60,525 nt of DNA, taken from an uncultured Gammaproteobacteria bacterium. Its GTDB lineage: Bacteria > Patescibacteriota > Patescibacteriia > UBA9934 > GWF2-40-263. Both the position numbers and the translations under genes were made by a program. The stretch is taken from positions 1 through 60,525 of the forward strand of contig CAYMBX010000001.1 of NCBI GenBank assembly GCA_964388785.1, written 5' to 3'. Below, piece by piece: positions 42,043-50,943 of the stretch; position 1 is the stretch's first letter; each line of letters starts with the position of its first letter. Under the pieces are notes generated by a model that made no database searches, had not been told where the DNA came from, and saw only the letters and a program-made list of their open reading frames with translations.

Positions 42043-42441
42043 TTAGAAAAGCATTTTCGCGACCGCTGCAACCGCAGCACGAGCGTGCGGTTCCAAGCGC
42101 GGTGGAATCTGAGATGGCAATATTTCCGGACCAAGAATACCAAGCCCGATCGGCTTCATAAACTCAAGTTGGAGTTGAATGATCGCGCTTACAACCGCCT
42201 GCCCCATCACAAACCCATGTTTGGTTTCTCCGCGTTCGATGATGCCGAGCGTTGCGACTCCATCAATATCCTCACGCATGAGTAGTCTCTTGATCGCAAG
42301 CGGTTTTTCAATTGAGCCGGGAACCCATACTTCTTCCGCGATTTCTAAATTGTGCTTTGCGGCTTCGTCGCGTGCCGCCGCGAGCATAAGCTCAGCTTCT
42401 TTTTTGTGGAAGGATCCAAGAACGATCGCAAGGCGTTTCAT
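42043..42441 (-). CDS. ribH: 6,7-dimethyl-8-ribityllumazine synthase (short form)
   Basis: LGIIERGETKHGFVMGQAV (the G.IrGeT.H pattern) and VPGSIEKP. Sits next to ribE. Confidence 0.7.
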   Translation of the reverse strand: MKRLAIVLGSFHKKEAELMLAAARDEAAKHNLEIAEEVWVPGSIEKPLAIKRLLMREDIDGVATLGIIERGETKHGFVMGQAVVSAIIQLQLEFMKPIGLGILGPEILPSQIPPRLEPHARAAVAAVAKMLF

Positions 42442-42458
42442 AGATAGTTTATTCAGTA

Positions 42459-43073
42459 TTATTTTGCATTTTTTAAAACCTGCTCGACGGTCTCCACGAT
42501 CGCTTGTGTCATCGCGTCAATTTCCACATTCACCTGATCTCCCACTCCCTTTTCTCCAAACGTGGTGAGTCTCAGTGTCTCCGGAATAAACCACACCTGA
42601 AACGTGCCCTTTTCTTTGTCTGCATCCACCACGGTCAAACTCGCTCCATCGAGCCCGATAAATCCTTTGGAAAAAATATACTTCATCCAGATGGGATCAA
42701 CTTTAAACGTAACGGCTTTGTTATTCTCCGGCATCTTAACCGTGACAATCTCCGCTATTGTTGAAACATGTCCGCTCATGACATGCCCGCCGATTTCGTC
42801 CCCCATCCGTGCAGAGCGTTCGATATTCACCAACATTCCTTCCGACAATTTGCCGAGCGTTGTTTTGCGTAGCGTCTCTTCCATCACATCGAAACCGATT
42901 TCGTTTCCGTTCAATCGAGCCGCCGTTAGACAGACGCCATTAACCGCAATACTCGCTCCGAGTGCGACTCCTTGAGCAAGCTCGGGAGAAAGCGAGACGT
43001 CAAAGCGCCGAAGACCAGATTGATCTTCCAGCCGCACGACGGGAAATTTTCCCTGTACGATTCCTGTAAACAT
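42459..43073 (-). CDS. ribE: Riboflavin synthase alpha chain
   Basis: MFTGIVQG N-terminus and an internal repeat with GHVMSGHV. 204 aa. Confidence 0.9.
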   Translation of the reverse strand: MFTGIVQGKFPVVRLEDQSGLRRFDVSLSPELAQGVALGASIAVNGVCLTAARLNGNEIGFDVMEETLRKTTLGKLSEGMLVNIERSARMGDEIGGHVMSGHVSTIAEIVTVKMPENNKAVTFKVDPIWMKYIFSKGFIGLDGASLTVVDADKEKGTFQVWFIPETLRLTTFGEKGVGDQVNVEIDAMTQAIVETVEQVLKNAK

Positions 43074-43107
43074 ACGCCCATACTAAATCAAAAAAGACCC
43101 CGAAGGG

Positions 43108-44049
43108 TCAAGGTGCACACACGTTGTGCTCGCGCAGGAAGCTGTTGATCGCAGAGGCGATTTCGTCGGGTCCGCGTGCGGATCCGTTACCGCGTGCGTT
43201 ACCAAAGACGATGTCCCCGCCACCGAAGTGATCGGCCGGATCCTCATCACGATTGAGAAACGCGCAGATTTCCGGCACCGGAAACCACGTCGCGTATGTA
43301 CTCTTGCGGCAGACGGTGTACACCCAGCGCCCATCTCCCTTCTGTCGTGCGGAGACAAACGCCCGAATGCCGTGACGCGCCATCTTCATGCGCGCATGCG
43401 GACCAATCTCCCGCACCATGGACCAGTTCTGTCCGCCGCCGAGGGTCTCGTAGCGATCGTCAATGTCCAGATTGTGCCCACGACTGGCCACGAACTCATT
43501 GATGCGCGAAACGATGTCCCAGAGCACACCGATGTACGCAGCGGCGTTCTTCTGATCGATCGCTCCGCTCATGCGGAAGTTCCAGTACGGCTCGAAGATC
43601 CATGCACTCTGGCCGACGATCGGCATGTCACGTGGCACAGCGAGCAGTCCACTCGACTTGTCCATGGATTGCACGTGACCAAAGAGACGATTGACCGCCG
43701 GATTCACCGGATCGCGCACGATGTAGTGATGGGTGAGCGCGTACCAGGAAAGGGCGACGTCCGGATCCGGATCGTTCATCCAGACCAAAACATTCTCGTC
43801 GCCCCGCGGCATCAACAGTTCAACGAAATCATCTGTGCGAATCTGCTCAAGCACCTGCACGGCCGTGCAGTGCATACAGCTGCGCGGAGGACCGGCGTGG
43901 TGGTCGAAATTGAACTGGAGCCGTGCGACATCGATCTGCGGGGGACCGTACACGAAGCCATCAAGTGCGATCGAACGCTCCGGCATCTGCGTTTGGAAGT
44001 GCTCCCAGGTCACCACACGACCCGGAAGCATGTGAGGAACGAATCCCAT
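43108..44049 (-). CDS. Hypothetical protein (high GC) with DHH-like and GGG motifs
   Basis: NFDHHAG and a late GGGDIVFG. GGGAGGAG Shine-Dalgarno. Only 34 nt upstream of ribE. Confidence 0.5.
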   Translation of the reverse strand: MGFVPHMLPGRVVTWEHFQTQMPERSIALDGFVYGPPQIDVARLQFNFDHHAGPPRSCMHCTAVQVLEQIRTDDFVELLMPRGDENVLVWMNDPDPDVALSWYALTHHYIVRDPVNPAVNRLFGHVQSMDKSSGLLAVPRDMPIVGQSAWIFEPYWNFRMSGAIDQKNAAAYIGVLWDIVSRINEFVASRGHNLDIDDRYETLGGGQNWSMVREIGPHARMKMARHGIRAFVSARQKGDGRWVYTVCRKSTYATWFPVPEICAFLNRDEDPADHFGGGDIVFGNARGNGSARGPDEIASAINSFLREHNVCAP

Positions 44050-44126
44050 ATTCTCCTCCCTTCTGAGAATTTCACGCTATCAATCATCTGTCGTTCTGTC
44101 CATCTTTTGGGTATACTAAAGATACT

Positions 44127-44819
44127 ATGCCATCGTTCTTCATCGCCGCACTTGTGTTATTTATTGTGTGGCTTGTCCTCTTTCTCTTTTCCAACTCCAC
44201 ACGACGCGAACAAGTGATGATGAGTATTGTGGGACTTGTACTCGCGCCCGGCGCGCTCATCGTCGTCTCAAACGATTATCGTCACGTTATTTCCAACACC
44301 ATCGCAGGTGTTGGCCTGGAGGATCTCCTGTTTTCCTTTTCGCTTTTCGGAATCGCCGCTGTGGTCTATCAAGTGATTCTCGGTGCGCATGTACACAAAC
44401 TACAAGGCAAGCGCTGGACCCACGAACATCCGGCCGTCCATTGGTACGCGCATCTTCTGGTTGTACTCGGACTTTGGGGTTTCATTTCACTCTTGCTCAT
44501 CCATGTCTTTGAACTCGCATCTATCCGCGCTTTGATCGTCGGTGGTTTGTTGGTGGGTGTTTATGCGATTGCCGATCGTCGAGATCTGTTGCTTGATGCG
44601 CTGCTGTCAGGACTCTTTACAGCTACTCTTGTTTTTCTCATCGAACAAATTTTCTTTGTGCGCCTATTCCCGGAAGCCGCAGAGGCGTTTTGGCGCTTTG
44701 ACCAAATGACCCTCTTCCTGATTGGGGGCATCCCGTTGGAAGAAATCATCTGGGCGGCTGTGATCGGATTTACGATCGGCCCCATGTACGAATGGTTGCG
44801 CAGGTACGAGCTGAAATAA
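44127..44819 (+). CDS. Integral membrane protein, unknown function
   Basis: 230 aa with about 6 hydrophobic helices. A TATACT -10 box lies upstream. Confidence 0.6.
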   Translation: MPSFFIAALVLFIVWLVLFLFSNSTRREQVMMSIVGLVLAPGALIVVSNDYRHVISNTIAGVGLEDLLFSFSLFGIAAVVYQVILGAHVHKLQGKRWTHEHPAVHWYAHLLVVLGLWGFISLLLIHVFELASIRALIVGGLLVGVYAIADRRDLLLDALLSGLFTATLVFLIEQIFFVRLFPEAAEAFWRFDQMTLFLIGGIPLEEIIWAAVIGFTIGPMYEWLRRYELK

Positions 44820-44839
44820 AAATCACCCGAACTTCACGC

Positions 44840-45655
44840 CTAGAATTTTTTCTTTCCAGTAATCACATAATAATAAGGAACTGTCCGAATCGGATTCAGT
44901 TCTTTTTTGTATTGTTCAATACCTTCATCCCCCGCACAGGAAGAGCCGAGGGTAAACTCTTCAAATCCTTCAAACAATTTTGCACGTTCATGATGGAGCC
45001 AGCGACTGAGGCCCTTATACGTATAATCAACTTTCAAATGCAAGCCAACCCATCGAGTTTTATCAAACGCGGCACCCATCGCAATGCCTGCAAGCTTGCC
45101 ATCAATTTCAACATAGAGCGTTTGAATTCGATACGGCTCTTGATGTTCAAAGCAAAACCAAAAAAATTCTAGACTCTGTTCATACGATACCGTTTGTTCA
45201 TTTTGTTTGGAGTGCCAGAGCGTTATGAACGCCTCGAGTTTCTCTTTTGGGTATCGCAACAATACAACAGGATGATATCGACGCTCCGCCAGGGAGACCT
45301 TTTTTCGAAATGCGGACCAGGAACTTCCCGGCATTTCAATAAAATCCGATGTGCGATAATAAAACTCCTCAACAAGAGGAAATTCTTTGACAATCTCGTG
45401 CGATGTCAGGATGTGATCCCTTTCTTCACGGGTCGCAAATGAGATGATCGAGTGCTCCAAATTTTGTTCATGCCTTGGTGGATACAAATAGGGAAATTCG
45501 TTGGGATACAACACATCTTGTGTAATGATGTCTTGTGTTCCGTTACGCGGTAAAAGCCATCCAGCAAAATCTAGAAAGGCGTTGTGACAATCATACCTAA
45601 ACGGCCGATCAACAACAGATCGATCTGGACGCGTTGAGTCGTATCGATAAATCAT
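44840..45655 (-). CDS. Hypothetical protein (possibly GNAT-fold / DUF2156-like)
   Basis: SAFRKKVSLAERRY and IDGKLAGIAMG segments. Tentative. Confidence 0.4.
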   Translation of the reverse strand: MIYRYDSTRPDRSVVDRPFRYDCHNAFLDFAGWLLPRNGTQDIITQDVLYPNEFPYLYPPRHEQNLEHSIISFATREERDHILTSHEIVKEFPLVEEFYYRTSDFIEMPGSSWSAFRKKVSLAERRYHPVVLLRYPKEKLEAFITLWHSKQNEQTVSYEQSLEFFWFCFEHQEPYRIQTLYVEIDGKLAGIAMGAAFDKTRWVGLHLKVDYTYKGLSRWLHHERAKLFEGFEEFTLGSSCAGDEGIEQYKKELNPIRTVPYYYVITGKKKF

Positions 45656-45678
45656 ACGATTCTAGTATACAAGCAAAA

Positions 45679-45704
45679 GGAAAAACCCCCACGAGTGGGT
45701 GGGG
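45679..45704 (-). terminator. Rho-independent terminator
   Basis: CCCCAC-loop-GTGGGG with a T-run on the minus strand, directly after the Nudix stop. Confidence 0.65.
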
Positions 45705-46130
45705 TTAGTGAGAGGATTCCGAGAACCACAGACGCTCCTTGAACGCTTCAACCACCTTGTAGTGATCAAAGCCGAGCAGGTCGCGCGTGAGGTCGCACAA
45801 CCGAATGAGATGGATGCTTTGCGCATCGCTTCCCGCGCGTGCTTTCGTCAGGAGGTGCTGTGGAATGCGCATTCCAAACACGTAGCTGATCCGCCTTCCG
45901 GGACGCGGATCGCGATCCGGAGCGTCGAGGCGACAGATGAACTGGAGATCATAGGGAGAAACTTCGATCCCTACTTCTTCCTTGAGTTCACGCGCAGCCG
46001 CAAACTCGAACCGCTCGCCTTCATCGACATGCCCGCCCGGAAGGACAAACTTGTCCTCGAACGGGGGCTTGGCACGACGAATGAGAAGAACGTTGTCGTA
46101 CTCGTCGAGCAGAAGGATGTCGACTGTCAT
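45705..46130 (-). CDS. Nudix hydrolase
   Basis: Canonical box LPGGHVDEGERFEFAAARELKEEVGIEV. Start at ATG 46130. Confidence 0.8.
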   Translation of the reverse strand: MTVDILLLDEYDNVLLIRRAKPPFEDKFVLPGGHVDEGERFEFAAARELKEEVGIEVSPYDLQFICRLDAPDRDPRPGRRISYVFGMRIPQHLLTKARAGSDAQSIHLIRLCDLTRDLLGFDHYKVVEAFKERLWFSESSH

Positions 46131-46140
46131 GATGATCTTT

Positions 46141-46362
46141 TTAGTACTTTGCATGTGGCACCGGCCAAAGCTGAGCATGACAGTCCTTGCATGTACGCCA
46201 GGCATCACCGGCGTTGTCCCGACCGCTCGCCTGATTCTTGTGCGGACAGTCGTACTTGAGCTTCTCGAACTCGCGATCGAGTGCCTTCACCTGTAGATCA
46301 AGCGTGATACGCTTACGCATCAAATTGTCATATGCATCACGCACCTGTTCGTCCGTCAGCAT
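46141..46362 (-). CDS. Small hypothetical protein (coiled N-terminus, CPHK...CKDC pair)
   Basis: 73 aa with AAGAGGA Shine-Dalgarno. Overlaps the upstream ORF by 7 nt. Confidence 0.5.
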   Translation of the reverse strand: MLTDEQVRDAYDNLMRKRITLDLQVKALDREFEKLKYDCPHKNQASGRDNAGDAWRTCKDCHAQLWPVPHAKY

Positions 46363-46625
46363 GAGCGTCCTCTTTTATCGGGAATCCCCGAATAGTTCGG
46401 CCCGTCGTAGTCGATGTCGGTCTCTACTCCGCAGTCCGCGCAGCGGAACGTCACGTACACATCGTGTCCTCCACCGTAGTCGTAGTGATGCGTGTGGTAG
46501 AGATCCGGGAACTCCACGAGCAGTTTCGCTCCACACCCGCCTCCGCCGTTTCCCCTGCCGGTGCAGGTGAACTCCTTGGCCCATCCGCGCTGTGGACGAC
46601 CTTTCTCAAGCACCTTCATGACCAT
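46356..46625 (-). CDS. Small zinc-ribbon-like protein
   Basis: CTGRGNGGGGC...CADCG. AAGGAG abuts ATG 46625, so the second ATG at 46619 is the more likely start. Confidence 0.5.
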   Translation of the reverse strand: MVMKVLEKGRPQRGWAKEFTCTGRGNGGGGCGAKLLVEFPDLYHTHHYDYGGGHDVYVTFRCADCGVETDIDYDGPNYSGIPDKRGRSC

Positions 46626-46709
46626 CTCCTTGTAAGGAACGTTCGCGAGTTTTCCTCGTCACTCGCACGACCATCATGCCGCGCCTCAAAAGAAACTACG
46701 ATGAAAATA

Positions 46710-46723
46710 AGGATTTAAATCCT
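46710..46723. promoter_or_regulatory. 14-bp perfect palindrome AGGATTTAAATCCT in a divergent intergenic region
   Basis: Read directly. Lies between the high-GC three-gene operon and the TrmB paralog. Confidence 0.4.
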
Positions 46724-46751
46724 AAGTCACATAAAATTTTTGCTAAAATAT

Positions 46752-46792
46752 TTGACAAAGTGGTAATAAAATACTACGATTTATTTCGTAGT
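46752..46792 (+). promoter_or_regulatory. TrmB-paralog promoter TTGACA-N17-TACGAT with inverted repeat ACTACGA-N6-TCGTAGT (46773..46792)
   Basis: The -10 box lies inside the left arm. ATG 46794 is 13 nt after the -10 box (near leaderless). An extra ACTACGAT lies at 46695. Confidence 0.55.
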
Positions 46793-46793
46793 T

Positions 46794-47573
46794 ATGAATG
46801 AATCCCAAAAACAAGAGCTCAAAGAAACTCTTTCTGACTTTGGACTGAATGCAAAAGACCAAATCGTGTATCTTGCTTTGCTTAAAATTGGAGAGACAAC
46901 CCTCTCACCGCTCGCACGAAAAGCCGAGCTTCCGCTCACCACCGTTCAGTCCGTTATGCCACGTCTTGCACAAAAAGGACTTATCCACGTTTCCAAGCGC
47001 AAATCTCGACATCTCTACGAAGCACACGACCCGATGGTCTTCAAAGACATCCTCAAAGAGCAAGCAACCGCAATCGCCATGGCACTGCCGATCCTGCAAG
47101 GAATAAAAAGCAGTGCTCTCTCCGAATCCCGCGTGCGTGTATTTGAACGAGAGCGCATCTCCGAAATTCTGAACGAATCGCTCAAAGCAAAAGATAAATG
47201 TGTGTACGAAATTGTCTCGGCCGGACCGTTTCAAAAACTCCTCGGAGAAAAATATCACTATACCCGTCGCCGCGTTCAAGCGGACGTTTCTCTCAAAAGC
47301 CTGCGCGTTCGATCAACGGAAATCAAAAAATACAACGCACGTACACACCGATCGGAAAAGCGGGAAGCGCGTTTCCTCCCAAAGGAACTCACGTTTGAAG
47401 CGAATATCCTGTTCTGGGATGATACAGTCGCGATCTTGAGCACCAAATCGGAAGGTGTTCATGTCCTGATCAAAAGCAAAAGCATTCGTGTCATGTTTGC
47501 ACAATTGTTCGATTTGCTTTGGTCGGTGTCTGGCAAGATGGAGACGCTGGCAGAAAGTGATGAATCGAAGTAA
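46794..47573 (+). CDS. TrmB-family transcriptional regulator (paralog of 5963..6748)
   Basis: LNAKDQIVYLALLKIGETTLSPLARKAELPLTTVQSVMPRLAQKGL wHTH. Confidence 0.8.
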   Translation: MNESQKQELKETLSDFGLNAKDQIVYLALLKIGETTLSPLARKAELPLTTVQSVMPRLAQKGLIHVSKRKSRHLYEAHDPMVFKDILKEQATAIAMALPILQGIKSSALSESRVRVFERERISEILNESLKAKDKCVYEIVSAGPFQKLLGEKYHYTRRRVQADVSLKSLRVRSTEIKKYNARTHRSEKREARFLPKELTFEANILFWDDTVAILSTKSEGVHVLIKSKSIRVMFAQLFDLLWSVSGKMETLAESDESK

Positions 47574-47574
47574 A

Positions 47575-47991
47575 ATGGCTCTTGAATCAGTTATGGCGAC
47601 GGATCCAAAAGCAACAACCCATTCGTTTCTCGACTCAGACTGGCTTTCCGTTCCGGAAGGTCAACTTTCTCTTGATGTGTTGGAAACCCCCACACAGCTT
47701 ATCGTCCGTTCCGCCATTGCGGGCATCCGGGCGGAAGATCTGGACATTACGCTGACGGATGATACATTGACGATCCGAGGATCTCGCCACGCAGAATCTC
47801 AATCCGTGCGCGGAGAACGTTACCATCTCAAAGAATGCCATTGGGGAACATTTTCCCGTTCGGTCATTTTGCCGGCTCATGTCGACCAGGATCAGGTGGA
47901 AGCAACCTTCCAGCGGGGCATTTTGACCATCACGATGAAAAAAACGGAAATGGATCGCCATGTTCCCGTTCTCGACCTCGGTGATTTATAA
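47575..47991 (+). CDS. Hsp20/alpha-crystallin small heat-shock protein
   Basis: LTIRGSR...ECHWGTFSRSVILPAHVDQDQVEATFQRGILTITMKK, which is the alpha-crystallin domain. Confidence 0.85.
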   Translation: MALESVMATDPKATTHSFLDSDWLSVPEGQLSLDVLETPTQLIVRSAIAGIRAEDLDITLTDDTLTIRGSRHAESQSVRGERYHLKECHWGTFSRSVILPAHVDQDQVEATFQRGILTITMKKTEMDRHVPVLDLGDL

Positions 47992-47994
47992 GCT

Positions 47995-49863
47995 ATGAAC
48001 CTCCAAGAAGAAAGTCACAAAAAGGCGATCTTGCTCGTCATGATCGGATTTGTCGCCTTTTTTATTTTTACCGTCGCGGCAAGTTACGCCTGGGCTCGGC
48101 AATTCGATGACCGCATTGCCCCGCGTGTCTCCATGGGACCCGTGGAAGTCGGCGGAATGAAACCTGAACTCGCACGCCAACTCCTGGAATCAAAAATCGA
48201 CACGTTGCTTGTGAACGGAATTCCCGTCATGGTTGAAAGCGAAACAAAAACACTCCCTCTTTCAACACTGGTCTCAAGTGATCTGATCGAACAGGTGAAT
48301 TTTTCTCTTGAGGAGGCCCTCGTCCAGGCGCAACAGGCGCGCCGATCTCCAAATCCGCTCATAGAAACCTGGCTTTTCCTGCAATCGTTCTGGGACGAAA
48401 AAACGGTTCCAATTTCGGTCACACTTGCGGACGATGCGATCAAACAAAATATCTCCGAACTCTTTCCGGAAAAAGAGCTGCCGGGAGAAGACGCGCGATT
48501 CGTGTTTCTTCAACAAGCAGGAGCATGGGAAATCAGAACGCTTCCAGGAAAAAATGGTGTTGAGTTTGATTGGATAGCATTCTTCAACCAACTAGAGACA
48601 CAACTCGAACGATTTGACGGATCCGCCATCACACTGACATTGAAAAAAACACAGCCGAATGTTTCACTTGCGCAAGCAGATGCACTCAAAGAAGAGGCAC
48701 TCAATAAACTGTTTTTTGCGCCCTTTACTTACTCCTATACCGACGAGCGGTCACAGACAACTTCATGGGTTCTTTCTCGGGAGACCTGGTCATCCATGCT
48801 GATTCCACAAACAGATGGATCGGTTGGAATCGACAAAGACAGCTTTCATGCTTTTTTGGATCCCCTCGCTGAAAAAGTCGAGCGACCGGCCCAAAATGCG
48901 CGTCTGCAAGTGGAAAACGGACGGGTGGTTGAATTCGTGGAAAGTCAAGCCGGCCAGCGGTTTGATCGCGAGTTGATGTATCAGGAACTTCTTACCGCTT
49001 CCGAACAAGCAACGCTTGAAATCGCATTCCTCGTTGAGGAACCTGCCGTGCAAACCGGCGATGTGAATGATCTTGGAATCGATCAAATTCTCGGCGTCGG
49101 CACTTCCAGTTATCGAGGAAGTCCGGTCAATCGTCGTAAAAATATTCAAAACGGAGTGGATTTGTTAAACGGCCGACTCATTGCGCCGGGCGAAACGTTT
49201 TCACTTGTGGAAGCGCTTAAGCCATTTGAAACGGCAAACGGTTATCTTCCGGAACTCGTCATTAAGGGAACCAAAATCACGCCTGAACTCGGCGGCGGTT
49301 TATGCCAAATCGGAACCACAACCTTTCGCGCCGCCATGAACTCCGGACTCCCGATTGCGGAACGACAAAATCATTCGCTTGTCGTTTCATACTACAACGA
49401 TCCCTCCAATAAAAATCCCGGAACCGATGCCACGATTTATGATCCAGCTCCGGATTTCAAATTTGTGAACGACACAGAACACTACATTCTTTTTCAAGCG
49501 GAAAATCTTGTGGAGACACAGGAACTGCGGTTCACATTTTGGGGAACCACCGATGGACGTAAAGGTTCCTATACACCCCCTGTTGTCAGCCGTTGGATTC
49601 CGGTCGGCGAGACGCAATATATCGAGACTCCAGATCTGGAACCCGGAAAAGAAAAGTGTCAGGAAGCGCACATCGGTGCCGATGCCTCGTTTGATTACAC
49701 GATTGTCCGTCCGGACGGAACGGAGGAAATTGTTACGTTCACATCTCACTATCGACCGCTTCCGCGCATTTGCTTGGTGGGAATGACACCGGTCATTCCA
49801 AGCGAACCGCAAACAAGCGAAGAATCGGAAGAATCTACGGACACAAACCTATCCACAGAATAA
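47995..49863 (+). CDS. VanW-family protein with N-terminal membrane anchor
   Basis: GGGLCQIGTTTFRAAMNSGLPIAERQNHSLVVSYY...GTDATIY...DFKFVNDT is the VanW core. Confidence 0.8.
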   Translation: MNLQEESHKKAILLVMIGFVAFFIFTVAASYAWARQFDDRIAPRVSMGPVEVGGMKPELARQLLESKIDTLLVNGIPVMVESETKTLPLSTLVSSDLIEQVNFSLEEALVQAQQARRSPNPLIETWLFLQSFWDEKTVPISVTLADDAIKQNISELFPEKELPGEDARFVFLQQAGAWEIRTLPGKNGVEFDWIAFFNQLETQLERFDGSAITLTLKKTQPNVSLAQADALKEEALNKLFFAPFTYSYTDERSQTTSWVLSRETWSSMLIPQTDGSVGIDKDSFHAFLDPLAEKVERPAQNARLQVENGRVVEFVESQAGQRFDRELMYQELLTASEQATLEIAFLVEEPAVQTGDVNDLGIDQILGVGTSSYRGSPVNRRKNIQNGVDLLNGRLIAPGETFSLVEALKPFETANGYLPELVIKGTKITPELGGGLCQIGTTTFRAAMNSGLPIAERQNHSLVVSYYNDPSNKNPGTDATIYDPAPDFKFVNDTEHYILFQAENLVETQELRFTFWGTTDGRKGSYTPPVVSRWIPVGETQYIETPDLEPGKEKCQEAHIGADASFDYTIVRPDGTEEIVTFTSHYRPLPRICLVGMTPVIPSEPQTSEESEESTDTNLSTE

Positions 49864-49911
49864 TCTTGCAGAAAAAACTCACGCGCGTAATATCGAATCA
49901 TGAGAAGCAAG

Positions 49912-50153
49912 CAGTTGGACTTTCCATATTGGATGCAGTTTGAACGCATGGGTGTCAAATCGCTGAGCTGTAGCAGCGCTCCAGCGAAGCGATTGACGGG
50001 TCCCATAAGTTCAAAATGCGCCAATATGGAAAGTTCCAACTTAAAAGCAGTGAACTGCAGGCAAGAAATTTCAGTTATGGTAAGGTCAAGTCCGTAAACC
50101 TGAAACTTCCATAAATTGAAATCCCATGCTTGTCGTGCCTGCAGATCACTGCT
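49912..50153 (+). other. Two consecutive long imperfect hairpins (about 131 and 108 nt) in a gene-free gap; candidate structured ncRNA or MITE remnants
   Basis: Arms 49913-49932 / 50021-50041 (20 of 21 pair, one bulge) with further internal pairing. Arms 50046-50063 / 50136-50153 (17 of 18 pair). Confidence 0.45.
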
Positions 50154-50264
50154 GTTAAGGATGCTAAATCAAGTTTGGAACACCCAAGCTTATCAGGGCG
50201 CGCAAAAATTGTCAAGCATCTTTACCAAAGTCATGGTAACCCATCTGAACAAGATAGGCAAGAG

Positions 50265-50299
50265 AAAGGGCTTCTCCTTGGGAAAAGCCCTTTATTTTT
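50265..50299 (+). terminator. Plus-strand rho-independent terminator closing the gene-free region
   Basis: AAAGGGCTT-loop-AAGCCCTTT followed by ATTTTTG. Confidence 0.7.
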
Positions 50300-50343
50300 G
50301 TCTCTTTTGATTGAACAATCCACCGTTTATCCCACGGTTTTCC

Positions 50344-50922
50344 CTATTTTATCACCTTATCAATCAAACCGTACTTCATAGCCTCCTCAGGATCCAAGAA
50401 ATAATCACGCTCGGTATCTGCCTCCACTTTTGGAAGTTTTTGACCCGTGTGCTTTACCAAAATCTTATTCAAACGATCCTTCATTTTCAAAATTCGCTCC
50501 GCATGAATCTTAATGTCCGTCGCCTGCCCCTCAACACCCCCAAGTACCTGATGAATCATCACTTCTGAATTTGGCAACGCAAACCGTTTCCCTTTTGCAC
50601 CCGAGGTGAGGAGTACAGCACCCATAGACGCAGCCATCCCAACACAAATCGTCGACACATCAGGTTTGACGTATTGCATAGCATCGTAAATCGCGAGTCC
50701 GGACGTCACGGATCCGCCGGGTGAATTGATATACAACTTAATATCTTTTGTTTTGTCCTGACTTTCTAAAAACAACATCTGTGCGATGATGAGATTGGCA
50801 ACCGTATCGTCAATGGCCGTTCCCAAAAAAATAATGCGATCCTTCAGGAGGCGCGAATAAATATCGTACGCACGCTCGCCCATGTGTGTTTTTTCAATGA
50901 CGGTTGGAATAAGAATAGACAT
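50344..50922 (-). CDS. clpP: ATP-dependent Clp protease proteolytic subunit
   Basis: [27 protein letters not shown] (catalytic Ser), MIHQ (His). 192 aa. Confidence 0.95.
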   Translation of the reverse strand: MSILIPTVIEKTHMGERAYDIYSRLLKDRIIFLGTAIDDTVANLIIAQMLFLESQDKTKDIKLYINSPGGSVTSGLAIYDAMQYVKPDVSTICVGMAASMGAVLLTSGAKGKRFALPNSEVMIHQVLGGVEGQATDIKIHAERILKMKDRLNKILVKHTGQKLPKVEADTERDYFLDPEEAMKYGLIDKVIK

Positions 50923-50943
50923 ATAATTGACTCAAACAGTCTA

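Noticed and set aside
49912-50042. GGAAAGT(T)CC and GGACTTTCC strings resembling the RNase P RNA P4/CR-I motif, plus ACCCAAGCTTATC near 50180 resembling the 3' P4 strand.
   Set aside because: The two GGAAAGTCC-like strings pair with each other as arms of one long hairpin. I could not build P4 pairing or find the other conserved regions. The region is left as an unclassified structured region.
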